NCBI GenBank assembly: GCA_965215125.1
Contig: OZ244052.1
Span: 256,001-320,000 of the forward strand
DNA: 64,000 nucleotides
Source: an uncultured candidatus Porisulfidus sp.
GTDB taxonomy: Bacteria; Pseudomonadota; Gammaproteobacteria; Poriferisulfidales; Oxydemutatoraceae
Direction: 5' to 3'
Positions 1 to 9,953 of this stretch are shown here, one piece after another. The notes under the pieces are model-generated. The model made no database searches and was not told where the DNA came from. It saw nothing but the letters and a program-made list of their open reading frames with translations. Numbering within the stretch: the stretch's first letter is position 1; each line of letters opens with the position of its first letter. The position numbers and the translations under genes are program-made.

Positions 1-1
1 T

Positions 2-2374
2 GGCACCTCCTGCTATTCCACTGGTATTTATATCCCAATAGCTGTTCGTGATAATACCTCTACTATTCCTACCGACTAAACCGCCTACATCGCTACCTTC
101 TGAAACAGAAGCCGTCGCATAGCTGTTCGTGATAGAACCTCCACTATTCAAACCGACTAAACCGCCTACCCGAACAACTCCTGAAACAAAACCCGTCGCA
201 TAGCTGTTCGTGATAGTGCCTTCATTCCTACCGACTAAACCACCTACATCATTATTACCTCCTGAAACAGAACTCGTCGCATAGCTGTTCGTGATAGAAC
301 CAGCATTCCTACCGACTAAACCGCCTACCCAGAGAACTCCTGAAACAGAACCTATCGCATAGCTGTTCGTGATTGTACCGTCATCATTCCTACCGACTAA
401 ACCGCCTACATCAGAACGCCCGATAATGTTCACATTTAGCAAAACAACATTAGCAATTTGAGCACCACTACTCGTGTAACCAAACAGACCTACTTCACCC
501 GTGTCACTTCTGTCAATCGTAAGATTAGAAATCGTAAAACCATTGCCTCCAAACTCGCTCCTGAAAGCATTAGAAGAATCCCCAATTGGCTGCCAACCTG
601 CTCCCGTAGTCCATGTAATCCTGTTGGCTGGTGAACTATAGCTTTCATCGTCGTTAAAGTCTAAGTTTCTCATCAATTCATAGCCTCTGCATCTGTTGTT
701 GGGACAACCTACTGAAACCTTAAGTGCCGTCTCGCTTTTTCTATAGCCGGTCCCGTCCAGTTGATAACGCATCGCATTCAACTCCTCTAAATTATCAACC
801 TCTATCCAACCATCATCATCCCTATCAACATCTCCGTTAAACTCATAGTAATTGAGATAGAGAGTATAAATAACAGTCTGTGTTGTTTCACCTCTATTCT
901 CAACCACAATTGTGGTTGTAGTTATCCCGTCGGGGTTTAACGAGATAATGCCGCTCTCACCACCACTATCTATAGCCGTACCTCTCTCCTCGTTAGCCGT
1001 AACATAAACCTTGGCATCGGGATTTACTGTTATTGGTCTAAACTGTATTGTGCTAATACTATTAACTGCCGTCCCTCTGTAGTTCGGCACTACCACATCA
1101 AAATCAGGCGATAAATCGCCTTCCGCTAATTGCAATTCACTCAAGCCATATCTCAGTGTAGACGACAACAAACTACCACAGAGAGGTAGATCTGTTGTGG
1201 TATCGTCTTCACGGCATTCACTACTAACTGTTCTAGGATTATCCGTATATTTAAGGATTGGATATTGGCCACTAGTGCCGAAATACCAATTCGTAGTACT
1301 CCATTGGTAATAGGGTTTGTTACGGTCTGTGTCTTGTGCACTCCCTGCTATCAATTCCCCCCTGGTTTTACCCATGCCATTGGTGCCTCCTACTATTCCA
1401 CTGGTATTTACATCCCAATAGCTGTTCGTGATAGAACCAGCATTCCTACCGACTAAACCGCCTATATTTCTATCAACTCCTGAAACAAAACCCGTCGCAT
1501 AGCTGTTCGTGATGGTGCCACTGAAATTATCACCGGCTAAACCGCCTACATCGCTATCTCCTGAGACAGAACCTGTCGCATAGCTGTTTGTGATGGTGCC
1601 ACTGAAATTATAACCGACTAAACCGCCTACATTACTATCAACTCCTGAAACAGAACCCGTCGCATAGCTGTTCGTGATAGAACCCCTACTATTATCACCG
1701 ACTAAACCGCCTACATCGCTACTTCCTGAAACAGAACTCGTCGCATAGCTGTTCGTGATGATGCCATTGAAATTATAACCGACTAAACTGCCTACATTTC
1801 TATCTCCTGAAATAGAACCCGTCGCATAGCTGTTCGTGATAGCACCTCCATTACGACCGACTAAACTGCCTACATCAAAATTCCCGATAATGTTCACATT
1901 TAGTGAACCAACATTAGTAATTTCAGCCCTACTGCCCGTGTAACCGAACAAGCCTATTCCAGACGTGCCACTTCTGGAAATCTTAAGATTATAAATCGTA
2001 AAACCGTTGCCTTCAAACTTGCCACTGAAAGCATTAGAGAGAGAATTCCCAATCGGCTGCCAGCCTGCTCCCGTAGTCCATGTAATCCTGTTGGCTGTTG
2101 AACTATAGCTTTCATCGTCGTTAAAGTCTAAGTTTCTCATCAATTCATAGCCTATGCATCTGTTTTTAGGACAACCCTCGGTAATTCCCATCACCGTCTC
2201 GGTGGTTGTCGTCCTATAACTCGTGCCGTCCAGTTGATAACGAATTGCATTTAAGGTTTCCAAATCGTTGATGTCTATCAGCCCGTCTCTATCGGTGTCT
2301 ATGACGGTGTTGGTTTGAGCAACTATATTCGTGCTGAATAGTGCAAATAAGATAATCAACAAGAGGGTTTTCAT
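2..2374 (-). CDS. Secreted GLUG-repeat / cadherin-like beta-sandwich surface protein, N-terminal part (runs off the left edge)
   Basis: Not in the ORF track because there is no stop in the window. ATG at 2374 gives MKTLLLIILFALFSTNIVAQ (signal peptide), then DTDRDGLIDINDLETLNAIRYQLDG and repeated ITNSYATGSVSG..VGGLVG units; the same frame reads ...GIITNSYWDINTSGIAGGA at the window edge. Paralog of the 54035-64000 protein. Confidence 0.9.
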   Translation of the reverse strand, partial: MKTLLLIILFALFSTNIVAQTNTVIDTDRDGLIDINDLETLNAIRYQLDGTSYRTTTTETVMGITEGCPKNRCIGYELMRNLDFNDDESYSSTANRITWTTGAGWQPIGNSLSNAFSGKFEGNGFTIYNLKISRSGTSGIGLFGYTGSRAEITNVGSLNVNIIGNFDVGSLVGRNGGAITNSYATGSISGDRNVGSLVGYNFNGIITNSYATSSVSGSSDVGGLVGDNSRGSITNSYATGSVSGVDSNVGGLVGYNFSGTITNSYATGSVSGDSDVGGLAGDNFSGTITNSYATGFVSGVDRNIGGLVGRNAGSITNSYWDVNTSGIVGGTNGMGKTRGELIAGSAQDTDRNKPYYQWSTTNWYFGTSGQYPILKYTDNPRTVSSECREDDTTTDLPLCGSLLSSTLRYGLSELQLAEGDLSPDFDVVVPNYRGTAVNSISTIQFRPITVNPDAKVYVTANEERGTAIDSGGESGIISLNPDGITTTTIVVENRGETTQTVIYTLYLNYYEFNGDVDRDDDGWIEVDNLEELNAMRYQLDGTGYRKSETALKVSVGCPNNRCRGYELMRNLDFNDDESYSSPANRITWTTGAGWQPIGDSSNAFRSEFGGNGFTISNLTIDRSDTGEVGLFGYTSSGAQIANVVLLNVNIIGRSDVGGLVGRNDDGTITNSYAIGSVSGVLWVGGLVGRNAGSITNSYATSSVSGGNNDVGGLVGRNEGTITNSYATGFVSGVVRVGGLVGLNSGGSITNSYATASVSEGSDVGGLVGRNSRGIITNSYWDINTSGIAGGA
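41..410. repeat. Intragenic tandem GLUG repeats (~75-81 bp units)
   Basis: Recurring GCTGTTCGTGAT...CCGACTAAACCGCCTAC...CTGAAACAGAA...GTCGCATA with variable linkers; a second block lies at ~1421-1875. Confidence 0.9.
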
Positions 2375-2464
2375 TTTTTCAATAAATCATTATAGTTTCT
2401 CTAACTTTTCTACATTATAATAATTTTGAAATAATAATCCACCTGACTTTACCCCATTTTTAGA

Positions 2465-2625
2465 ACCACCCCGTCAGGCAAAGCCTGCCACCCCTGCAAA
2501 GGAGGGGAATAAACCACCCCGTCAAAAGGTTTTACATTTTGTAATATTTACTAAGATTCTGCACAACGTTACGCCGATTGACCTACTGGCTCAATCGGCG
2601 GTTCTGTTGCGCCTGCCACCCCCCC
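2465..2625. repeat. REP-like palindrome plus a second copy interrupted by the hairpin element
   Basis: ACCACCCCGTCAGGCAAAGCCTGCCACCCCTGCAAAGGAGGGGAAT, followed by the element carrying CGCCGATTGA-N9-TCAATCGGCG. Confidence 0.85.
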
Positions 2626-2691
2626 ATACGGATTTTAGCAATTACGCATATAATAGGCTTATAGCCGAAGTTTCCCCCCAAGTTGAATGGT

Positions 2692-3600
2692 ATGACTGAA
2701 AATAGCGACGATTACATGCTGTCCATAGAGCGTTTTTTGAATATCTTGCTTTCGCAGCAAGGTCTATCGGCGAATACACTGGCCGCATATAGGCACGATT
2801 TACAAGGTTTCGCCGCACAACTGAAAAAACAAGGTAAAGGTTTGAACAGCGCAGAAAGAATAGACATACAAAATTACCTTTTAAGTCGGCTGGAACAAAA
2901 TTATGCCGTCAAATCCAATACCAGATTACTCTCAACCTTGCGTAAATTTTACGCGTGGATGATGCAGAACAAACTGATAACGATAAACCCTTGCGACCGG
3001 ATTCATTCAAGCCGACAAGGACGACATTTACCCCAAGTGCTCGGCGAAGAGGAAATCGAGCGGCTACTCGAAGCCCCCGACATCACGACACCCGAAGGGC
3101 TGCGTAACAAAGCGATGTTGGAAGTGATCTATGCCTGCGGGTTGCGCGTCTCCGAACTCGTCGACCTGGTGTTCTCGCAACTGTCTTTGGATGCCGGATA
3201 TTTGAGGATTATGGGCAAGGGTAATAAAGAGCGTCTAGTACCCATCGGCGAGCAGGCGTGCGAGTGTCTGGAACTCTATATCAAGCAGGCTCGCCCGCAA
3301 TTACTCAAATCGGGACAACACTGCGATTATGTTTTTATATCCAAACGCGGCAGGCACATGACCCGTCAGACCTTTTGGTATGCGCTGAAACGCTTGGCAA
3401 ATATTGCCGAGATTACAAAGCCCTTTTCACCGCATACGCTAAGGCACGCCTTCGCAACCCACCTACTCAATCACGGTGCCGACCTACGTGTTGTACAATT
3501 ACTATTAGGACATAGCGATTTATCAACTACGCAGATATATACTCATGTTGCTAAACAACGCTTAAAAGATTTACATCAACTACATCATCCGAGGAGTTAA
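2692..3600 (+). CDS. xerD: Tyrosine recombinase XerD
   Basis: GLRVSEL, GKGNKERLVP, SPHTLRHAFATHLL, LLGHSDLSTTQIYTHV, C-terminal HHPR; adjacent to dsbC as in many gammaproteobacteria. ATG 2692 preferred over TTG 2683. Confidence 0.95.
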   Translation: MTENSDDYMLSIERFLNILLSQQGLSANTLAAYRHDLQGFAAQLKKQGKGLNSAERIDIQNYLLSRLEQNYAVKSNTRLLSTLRKFYAWMMQNKLITINPCDRIHSSRQGRHLPQVLGEEEIERLLEAPDITTPEGLRNKAMLEVIYACGLRVSELVDLVFSQLSLDAGYLRIMGKGNKERLVPIGEQACECLELYIKQARPQLLKSGQHCDYVFISKRGRHMTRQTFWYALKRLANIAEITKPFSPHTLRHAFATHLLNHGADLRVVQLLLGHSDLSTTQIYTHVAKQRLKDLHQLHHPRS

Positions 3601-3602
3601 TT

Positions 3603-4319
3603 ATGTATCGTATATTTATTATTGCCGTCGCACTCTTACTATGCGCCACCCAAGCCGCAACCGAAGAAGCGGTTGTAGAAGAAAAACTGAAAAGTTCCCT
3701 GAGTAATCATCTTCCCGGGAGCTTGGAGATTCGCGAGACACCCTTAAAAGGCATCTACGAAGTCGTTCACGATAAAAGCAATGTGTTCTACACCGATGCC
3801 AACGGTGATTTCTTACTGCAAGGTGCTTTGATCGACATAAAGCAACGCAAAGATTTGACCGACGAGAGATTAAAACAAGTGCGTCAGGAAACCCTCGCCG
3901 AAGTTCCTGCCGATCGTTTTATAGAATTCGGTAACCCCGAAGCCGAGCACGAGGTCGTGGTGTTCACCGATGTCAACTGCGGTTATTGTAGAAAACTGCA
4001 TAACCAACGAACCCGATACGCCAAGCATGACATCAAAATCCGTTATTTATTGACCCCTGTTTTAGGTTCCGACTCAACCGATAAATCAACGAGCGTTTGG
4101 TGCGCGGACGACCGCCAAACCGCGCTTACCGATGCAAAGATGGACAAAGATATACCTAAGGTCCGCTGCGACGCAAACCTAGATAACAACTTGAAAATCA
4201 TGCGAGGTTTTGATATCCGCGGCACCCCTGCCATCTTGCTGGAGGACGGTACCCTGCTCAGGGGTTATGTAGAACCCGAACAACTGCTGGAACAAATAGA
4301 ATTATCAAAGGAAGGATAG
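3603..4319 (+). CDS. dsbC: Thiol:disulfide isomerase DsbC
   Basis: Signal peptide, FTDVNCGYCRKLH, GTP cis-Pro loop; xerD-dsbC synteny. Confidence 0.92.
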   Translation: MYRIFIIAVALLLCATQAATEEAVVEEKLKSSLSNHLPGSLEIRETPLKGIYEVVHDKSNVFYTDANGDFLLQGALIDIKQRKDLTDERLKQVRQETLAEVPADRFIEFGNPEAEHEVVVFTDVNCGYCRKLHNQRTRYAKHDIKIRYLLTPVLGSDSTDKSTSVWCADDRQTALTDAKMDKDIPKVRCDANLDNNLKIMRGFDIRGTPAILLEDGTLLRGYVEPEQLLEQIELSKEG

Positions 4320-7300
4320 TCGTACAAAAAACCGCTACGGGTGAACAAGATGGACACCCTGATTGCTTTGCCGGGAAATAACTTGGCAAGCCCCGCTTCA
4401 TAACAGCGCATCTGCGGTAAATAATGGGATGCCAATCGGTGATAAAACCGCTTCGCATCCTGCTCGGGCGGTTTGTTGCTCTTGTAATCGATAATCCATA
4501 CTTGATCTTGCGCAACACACACCCGATCTACCTTGCCGTAAACGATACGCCCGTCGTCGTCCTGATACAACAAAGGCATCTCATGATAAGTTCTGCTATA
4601 GTGCGATTTATTAAATAACACCTCCAGTTCGGGGTTCTGCACTAAAGACCACGCCTCTTCGGCGCACACATTGCGGATATCGTCGTCGACATCGGAGTAA
4701 TTCTCAAACTCGCGCTTGAACATTGACAAGTTGTCGTACGATTTTTGACCCAGTAATTCCAGAGCTTTGTGTGTCGTCGTGCCATGCAGTCTTGCGCGAT
4801 CGGTTGCCGGTGTGGATGAAAATACTTTTTCCATCCCCACACGGCTAGGCTCTATCTGCTGCACCGTAGTATTCATCGGCACTTCGCCGTCAAACAATTT
4901 CAAGTCCGGCAACGGCTCGGAGCTTGGTTCGGCAACCTCTGCTTGCGTGCCGTTTGCTTGTTTTAAGGGATCATCCCCGAAAACCGTTTGCTCACCGCAC
5001 GACTCTTTAATCAAGCGATACCAGTGCTTGTGTGTGGACTCGGTTTTGCCGCTACCCGAAATAAAAAGGTATTGCTTCGCCCGCGTCAGCGCAACATACA
5101 TTAAATTCATCTCCTCTCTGAGGTTGCGGGCGCGACGCGTTTCGGTCAATTCGGATAATATCCGACTACGCTCGGAGGTGGGCGGCATCAATACAAAATG
5201 CCTAGGACGTTCATCGTCGGTCGGCCAATCAACCAACACATCGTGGGTCTCTTTGTTCGGTAGCTTAAAAGCACAGTCTATCAAAAACACAACGGGGGAC
5301 TCCAAGCCTTTGGCACCGTGTATGGACATCATCTTCACACAATCTTGCCCTTCGGGTGCTACGACTTCCTCACCCTGGTCTTGCACGAGTGCGGCGTGAT
5401 CCAAAAAACGAGCGATATCGGGATAGCGACCACTATCGTAATCAAGCGTGTATTCCAAAAAAGCCTCCAAATAGAGTTGGACTTGCTCGCGTTCTATAGG
5501 ATGCACCGATGTTTTATATCGGCTGATTAGATTTTGTTCGGCAAAAATCGTATAGAGTAAATCGTGTATAGGAAGACGACCGCAAAGCGTACTCCACTTT
5601 TTGAAACTATGATAAATCCCCGACCACGGTTCACCTCTATCGGCTAAATGCTTCAGCTTAGTGAAGTACTGCGCGCCTTCCTGACAACCGAGTTCCAACA
5701 AATGCCGATCGCTCAACGAATAAATCGGACTGCGTAATACTTGAGTAAGTGCTAAATCGTTATATGGGTTATGCAGTGCTGCCAACAACTGCAACATATC
5801 GGCAACTTCCAATCGGTTGAGCAAACCTGCTTCGTACGAGCTGACGACCGGAATCTGTCGATGGCGCAACGCCCGTGTGAACAATTCAAAGTGTGTCTTT
5901 TGTCGGGCGATGACCAATATATCGCGATACGCGATAGGTCTGGGTCCGTCGGAATCTTCGACGGTCATCCGGCTTTGATACAGCCGTGCAATCGTTTGTG
6001 CCACGGTTGCCGCTTCTTCGCTGCGCGAATTCTGCGACGACAACAGCGGAGCCTTCAGAGGGTTGCGCCATTCACCGTCATCGTCCGCCTTGTCGGCAAC
6101 TGCGGGTTCAAACAAATCAAATATGCGGACGCCGCCTTTGATATCGCGCTTCGTATGATGGTGCTTGAAATCCGACAATAGATTATTACGGGTAAAGACT
6201 CTATTCACAAAATCAATAATCTGCGGGGCAGAACGATACGAGATATCCGCACTCTCCTCAATCCCCGCTAAATGCGCCTTAAGCCATTGCCCGGCTTTGA
6301 CCTGCAACTCGGGGTCGGCGCGCCTAAAACCGTAAATCGATTGCTTGCGATCACCGACGATAAACACACTGCCACCTTGTTGAGATGCAATTTCCTGCAT
6401 CAACGGCTGTAGCAACTGCCATTGCGTCGGATTGGTGTCTTGGAATTCGTCTATCAAAACATGCTCTATGCGCGAAGCCAGCCGGTATTGTATCCAGTGA
6501 CTGCCGTAATCGGGTTGGGTCAATAGCTTGCTTGCGATACTTTCCAAATCGCCGAAATCAAGGAGCTTATGTTGCTGCTTGAGTGCCGTATAAATATCCA
6601 ATACACGGCTACCGACTTTATACCACGCTTGGTTCAAGTAATAGTTGTTGTTACGGTTAATGCCCTCGCGCATTTGCATCACCGCCTCGCTGATCTCGGC
6701 ACACAAAGTAAGTAGCCGCTCAGCCCCCGACTCGCCCAGCGATTTTACTAACGCTTTACTCAAGTCACGCTGCCTCGGCAAGCCTTTACCTGTGTGAATA
6801 CATTTGTTGAGCTTATCAAAGTCATCGTCGGAGAGTTCGTCCAATACAACGAGTTTGCTCAAACATTCGGCGTGTTCAATATTCTTTATCGTTTCATGCC
6901 CGCCCAATAAGATGCCGTAGTCGGCAACCGAGTCGCGTATGCCCTGCCATATCCGAGAGACGGGTAGCGTGTCGGCAATTTTCAACTGCGTATACAAATG
7001 CTTGTCGGCCTCATCGGCACCGACCGAGTTATCCGAAACATAGCTCAACCAATCGTTTTGCCGCGCTAAAAAAGCCTCCAGTATAGTGCGCATAACATTC
7101 ACACTACGAATTTCCGCATAAAGCGTATCCAGAGCGTCGCTGATTTCCTTGTCTTGGGGAGTCGTTGTTGCAAATAATGTATCTATCGCCTTCGCTCGCC
7201 ATTCCTCTGCGTTTTCTGCAATCCGAAAATCCAAAGGCACACGGCTTTGCAACGGGCATAAAGAAATTAGCTTTTGACAAAAGGCATGAAAAGTGGTGAT

Positions 7301-7633
7301 TTGCAGTTGCTCGGTTGAATGTAGCAATCGCTCGTAAAGATGTCTCGCCCTTTCACTATATTTTTCGACATCCTCTATACCGATCTCCCTAAGATCGGCT
7401 GCCAAGCCATCCGCTGTTCGGGTACTCCATTCAAGCACTCGCGCCTCTACCCGCTCGCGCATTTCATCGGCAGCTTTGTTGGTAAAAGTAATCGCCAATA
7501 TAGAACCCGGGCAAACATCGTCCAACAATAACCTCAACACACGAGAGATCAATAACCATGTTTTACCGGTGCCTGCCGATGCATATACGATGCCGCTGGC
7601 TTGCGGTGAAAGTAACTTGAGTAAAGATTCCAT
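4265..7633 (-). CDS. addA: UvrD-family helicase with C-terminal RecB-type nuclease (AddA-like)
   Basis: ASAGTGKT, AITFTNKAA, DEFQDT, VGDRKQSIYGFRRA, SIHGAKGLE, YVALTRA; C-terminal GKVDRV...IIDYKS. Confidence 0.8.
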   Translation of the reverse strand: MESLLKLLSPQASGIVYASAGTGKTWLLISRVLRLLLDDVCPGSILAITFTNKAADEMRERVEARVLEWSTRTADGLAADLREIGIEDVEKYSERARHLYERLLHSTEQLQITTFHAFCQKLISLCPLQSRVPLDFRIAENAEEWRAKAIDTLFATTTPQDKEISDALDTLYAEIRSVNVMRTILEAFLARQNDWLSYVSDNSVGADEADKHLYTQLKIADTLPVSRIWQGIRDSVADYGILLGGHETIKNIEHAECLSKLVVLDELSDDDFDKLNKCIHTGKGLPRQRDLSKALVKSLGESGAERLLTLCAEISEAVMQMREGINRNNNYYLNQAWYKVGSRVLDIYTALKQQHKLLDFGDLESIASKLLTQPDYGSHWIQYRLASRIEHVLIDEFQDTNPTQWQLLQPLMQEIASQQGGSVFIVGDRKQSIYGFRRADPELQVKAGQWLKAHLAGIEESADISYRSAPQIIDFVNRVFTRNNLLSDFKHHHTKRDIKGGVRIFDLFEPAVADKADDDGEWRNPLKAPLLSSQNSRSEEAATVAQTIARLYQSRMTVEDSDGPRPIAYRDILVIARQKTHFELFTRALRHRQIPVVSSYEAGLLNRLEVADMLQLLAALHNPYNDLALTQVLRSPIYSLSDRHLLELGCQEGAQYFTKLKHLADRGEPWSGIYHSFKKWSTLCGRLPIHDLLYTIFAEQNLISRYKTSVHPIEREQVQLYLEAFLEYTLDYDSGRYPDIARFLDHAALVQDQGEEVVAPEGQDCVKMMSIHGAKGLESPVVFLIDCAFKLPNKETHDVLVDWPTDDERPRHFVLMPPTSERSRILSELTETRRARNLREEMNLMYVALTRAKQYLFISGSGKTESTHKHWYRLIKESCGEQTVFGDDPLKQANGTQAEVAEPSSEPLPDLKLFDGEVPMNTTVQQIEPSRVGMEKVFSSTPATDRARLHGTTTHKALELLGQKSYDNLSMFKREFENYSDVDDDIRNVCAEEAWSLVQNPELEVLFNKSHYSRTYHEMPLLYQDDDGRIVYGKVDRVCVAQDQVWIIDYKSNKPPEQDAKRFYHRLASHYLPQMRCYEAGLAKLFPGKAIRVSILFTRSGFLYDYPSFDNSICSSSCSGST

Positions 7634-7689
7634 TAGCAGTCTATGTTTTGAAGCATTAGTTTAGCCTAAGGCGGATACTTTAGAGTAGT

Positions 7690-7755
7690 ATTCCCCTCCT
7701 TCGGAGAGATGGCAGGCGCAATAGAACCGCCGAAGAACCGCCGATTGAGCCGAGT
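7690..7755. repeat. Partial REP plus end of the hairpin element
   Basis: ATTCCCCTCCTTCGGAGAGATGGCAGGCGCA followed by ATAGAACCGCCG...GAACCGCCGATTGAGCC. Confidence 0.75.
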
Positions 7756-7902
7756 AACCCCCCTACTTACTCCGGTTTGGCAGAAGGTTTTTCCCATCAA
7801 ATTCAAAGGCTTATAGAGATTTTGGAAATAAATGACCTTGAAACTCTTTTTTTTAGTAAAAAAGTGTCCTTATTATTCTGTTTTTTACGCTAAAATAGAA
7901 CC

Positions 7903-9036
7903 ATGTATAAGAGGCTATTTACTCCTCCCAAAAAATCTAGTTTTTTTCTCTTCGGTCCAAGAGGCGTAGGGAAAACTCATTTTATAAGGTCTTTCTACAA
8001 AAAATCCCTCTTTTTTGACCTTCTCCAGTCCTCCCTGTACCAGAGCTTCCTTGCCTCTCCCGAGAGGCTATCGCAACAAATTCCCTCCGACTATACGGGA
8101 TGGGTTGTTATTGACGAGGTTCAGAAAGTTCCGGCTCTTTTAGATGAAGTGCATAGGCTCATAGAAACAAGGAAACTTCTTTTTGTTCTCACCGGCTCAA
8201 GTGCAAGAAAGCTAAAGAGAGAGCGAACCAACCTCCTTGCCGGCAGGGCTTTAAGATGCCTTATGTATCCCCTTAGCGTAGAGGAGTTAAAAGATGACTT
8301 TGACTTAAAAACTTCTCTGGAGTTAGGTCATATACCTAGAGTATTTTCATCGGAAAACCCGAAGGCTTTTCTAAAAAGTTATATTGAAGTCTACTTGAAA
8401 GAGGAAATCCAACAAGAAGGATTAACTCGAAGTCTTCCCGCTTTCAGTCGCTTTTTAGAAAGTGCGAGCTTTGCTCAGGGTTCGCCTCTTGTGATGACTA
8501 ATATAGCGAGAGATTGCCATGTGTCGGCAAAAGTCGTGGAAAATTACTTCTCCATTTTAAGGGATACTCTTTTATCTTATGAACTTCCCATTTTTTCAAA
8601 AAGAGCAAAACGGGCTCTAATGAATAAAAGGAAATTTTATTTTTTTGATGTCGGTGTGTTCAAGGCGATACGACCGCAAGGTGTTTTAGATTCTAGTTCT
8701 TATCTAAATGGAATTGCACTAGAAACTCTCGTTTTGCAGGAAATCTCGGCATACAATGAAATCCACCAATTAGGCTACGAAATTTTCTACTGGAGAACGA
8801 GAAAACATTTAGAAGTGGATTTCATTCTCTATGGAGAGAAGGGGTTTAAGGCCATTGAGGTAAAGTGCCAAGAGAGGATTAACCAAAAGGATTTTAAGGG
8901 ACTACTTGAGTTTAAGAAAGACTATCCTGAAAGCGACCTTCTGTTTCTTTACATCGGTTCAAAAGATTATAGCTATCAAGACATTCAAATTCTTAATGTA
9001 GAAAGGTTCTTAAAGAATTTAAGCACCTTTCTTTAA
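7903..9036 (+). CDS. AAA+ ATPase (AAA_14 / DUF4143 type)
   Basis: GPRGVGKT, IDEVQK, LTGSSA, LAGRA, KFYFFDVG, C-terminal EVDF...AIEVK; AT-rich relative to its neighbours. Confidence 0.88.
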   Translation: MYKRLFTPPKKSSFFLFGPRGVGKTHFIRSFYKKSLFFDLLQSSLYQSFLASPERLSQQIPSDYTGWVVIDEVQKVPALLDEVHRLIETRKLLFVLTGSSARKLKRERTNLLAGRALRCLMYPLSVEELKDDFDLKTSLELGHIPRVFSSENPKAFLKSYIEVYLKEEIQQEGLTRSLPAFSRFLESASFAQGSPLVMTNIARDCHVSAKVVENYFSILRDTLLSYELPIFSKRAKRALMNKRKFYFFDVGVFKAIRPQGVLDSSSYLNGIALETLVLQEISAYNEIHQLGYEIFYWRTRKHLEVDFILYGEKGFKAIEVKCQERINQKDFKGLLEFKKDYPESDLLFLYIGSKDYSYQDIQILNVERFLKNLSTFL

Positions 9037-9083
9037 GGTTGGAAGAGCATGTACCGACACTGTACTTGTACAGATACGCTGCG

Positions 9084-9129
9084 ACCACCCCGTCAGGCTG
9101 CGCCTGCCACCCCTCCGAAGGAGGGGAAT
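9084..9129. repeat. REP-like palindrome (full copy)
   Basis: ACCACCCCGTCAGGCTGCGCCTGCCACCCCTCCGAAGGAGGGGAAT between the convergent ATPase and trpC genes. Confidence 0.9.
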
Positions 9130-9131
9130 AA

Positions 9132-9953
9132 CTATTCCCACGGGTGTTGTTCTCCTAGCAGTTCTTTTAATTTGGCACTTCGGTCGGGAGCGGTCATCAG
9201 GGCTTCGCCTATCAGGTAGGCGTGTATATGGTGTTCGGCGAGTGTTTGTATATCGGCAGGGGTGTTGATGCCGCTCTCGCTAATCACGACTTTGTCTTCG
9301 GGGATTTGTGCCGCAAGCGCAATACTGGTTTCCAGTTTGGTTTCAAAAGTACGAAGGTTGCGGTTGTTGATGCCGATGAGTTCAATGCCGTCAAGTTTTA
9401 GGGCGCGTTCCAGCTCCGCTGCATCGTGTATTTCTACCAACACATCCATATCGAGTTCGCGTGCCTTGCCGTATAGGGCATGTAGCTGTGCGTCTTCGGG
9501 CAGTGCGGAGACAATCAGCAAGATGCAGTCGGCACCGATGGCTCGGCTTTCGTATAGTTGATATTCGTCTATGATGAAGTCTTTTTGCAGGGTTGGTAAC
9601 ATGCAGTGACGGCGCACTAGATCCAGTATGGGGGCCGAACCTTTGAAGAATTTTTTATCGGTGAGTACGGATAAGCAGCTTGCACCTGCCATCATGTAGT
9701 TGCGGGCAATTTCCAGTGGGTTAAAGTCTTCGCATAGCATGCCTTTACTGGGAGACGCACGCTTAATCTCGGCGATGATTGCGGTTTGTTTGTTTGCCAC
9801 GCGTCCCTTTAATGTACGAGCAAAGCCGCGCGGTGCACCTTGCTCTTGTGCGTAGTCCTTGAGTGTGTCTATACTGTGCCGTTCGCGCAGTTCGGCAATT
9901 TCCTGTCTCTTATGTGCGAGTATCTCGGGCAGTATGGATTGTCGCTCAGGCAT
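9132..9953 (-). CDS. trpC: Indole-3-glycerol phosphate synthase
   Basis: IAEIKRASPSKG, LSVLTD, KDFIID, GINNRNL, SESGI. Confidence 0.96.
   Translation of the reverse strand: MPERQSILPEILAHKRQEIAELRERHSIDTLKDYAQEQGAPRGFARTLKGRVANKQTAIIAEIKRASPSKGMLCEDFNPLEIARNYMMAGASCLSVLTDKKFFKGSAPILDLVRRHCMLPTLQKDFIIDEYQLYESRAIGADCILLIVSALPEDAQLHALYGKARELDMDVLVEIHDAAELERALKLDGIELIGINNRNLRTFETKLETSIALAAQIPEDKVVISESGINTPADIQTLAEHHIHAYLIGEALMTAPDRSAKLKELLGEQHPWE

Noticed and set aside
41-1875. Conserved/variable alternation resembling CRISPR or a DGR
   Set aside because: The repeats are in-frame coding GLUG units; variation is not restricted to adenines and no reverse transcriptase is present in the window.
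2692-3600. Tyrosine recombinase as a prophage or integron integrase
   Set aside because: Sequence and dsbC linkage indicate housekeeping XerD; there is no IntI-specific insertion.
4767-5399. Long antisense ORFs (also 37313-37861, 49518-50207 and others)
   Set aside because: These are shadow frames of well-supported genes on the opposite strand.
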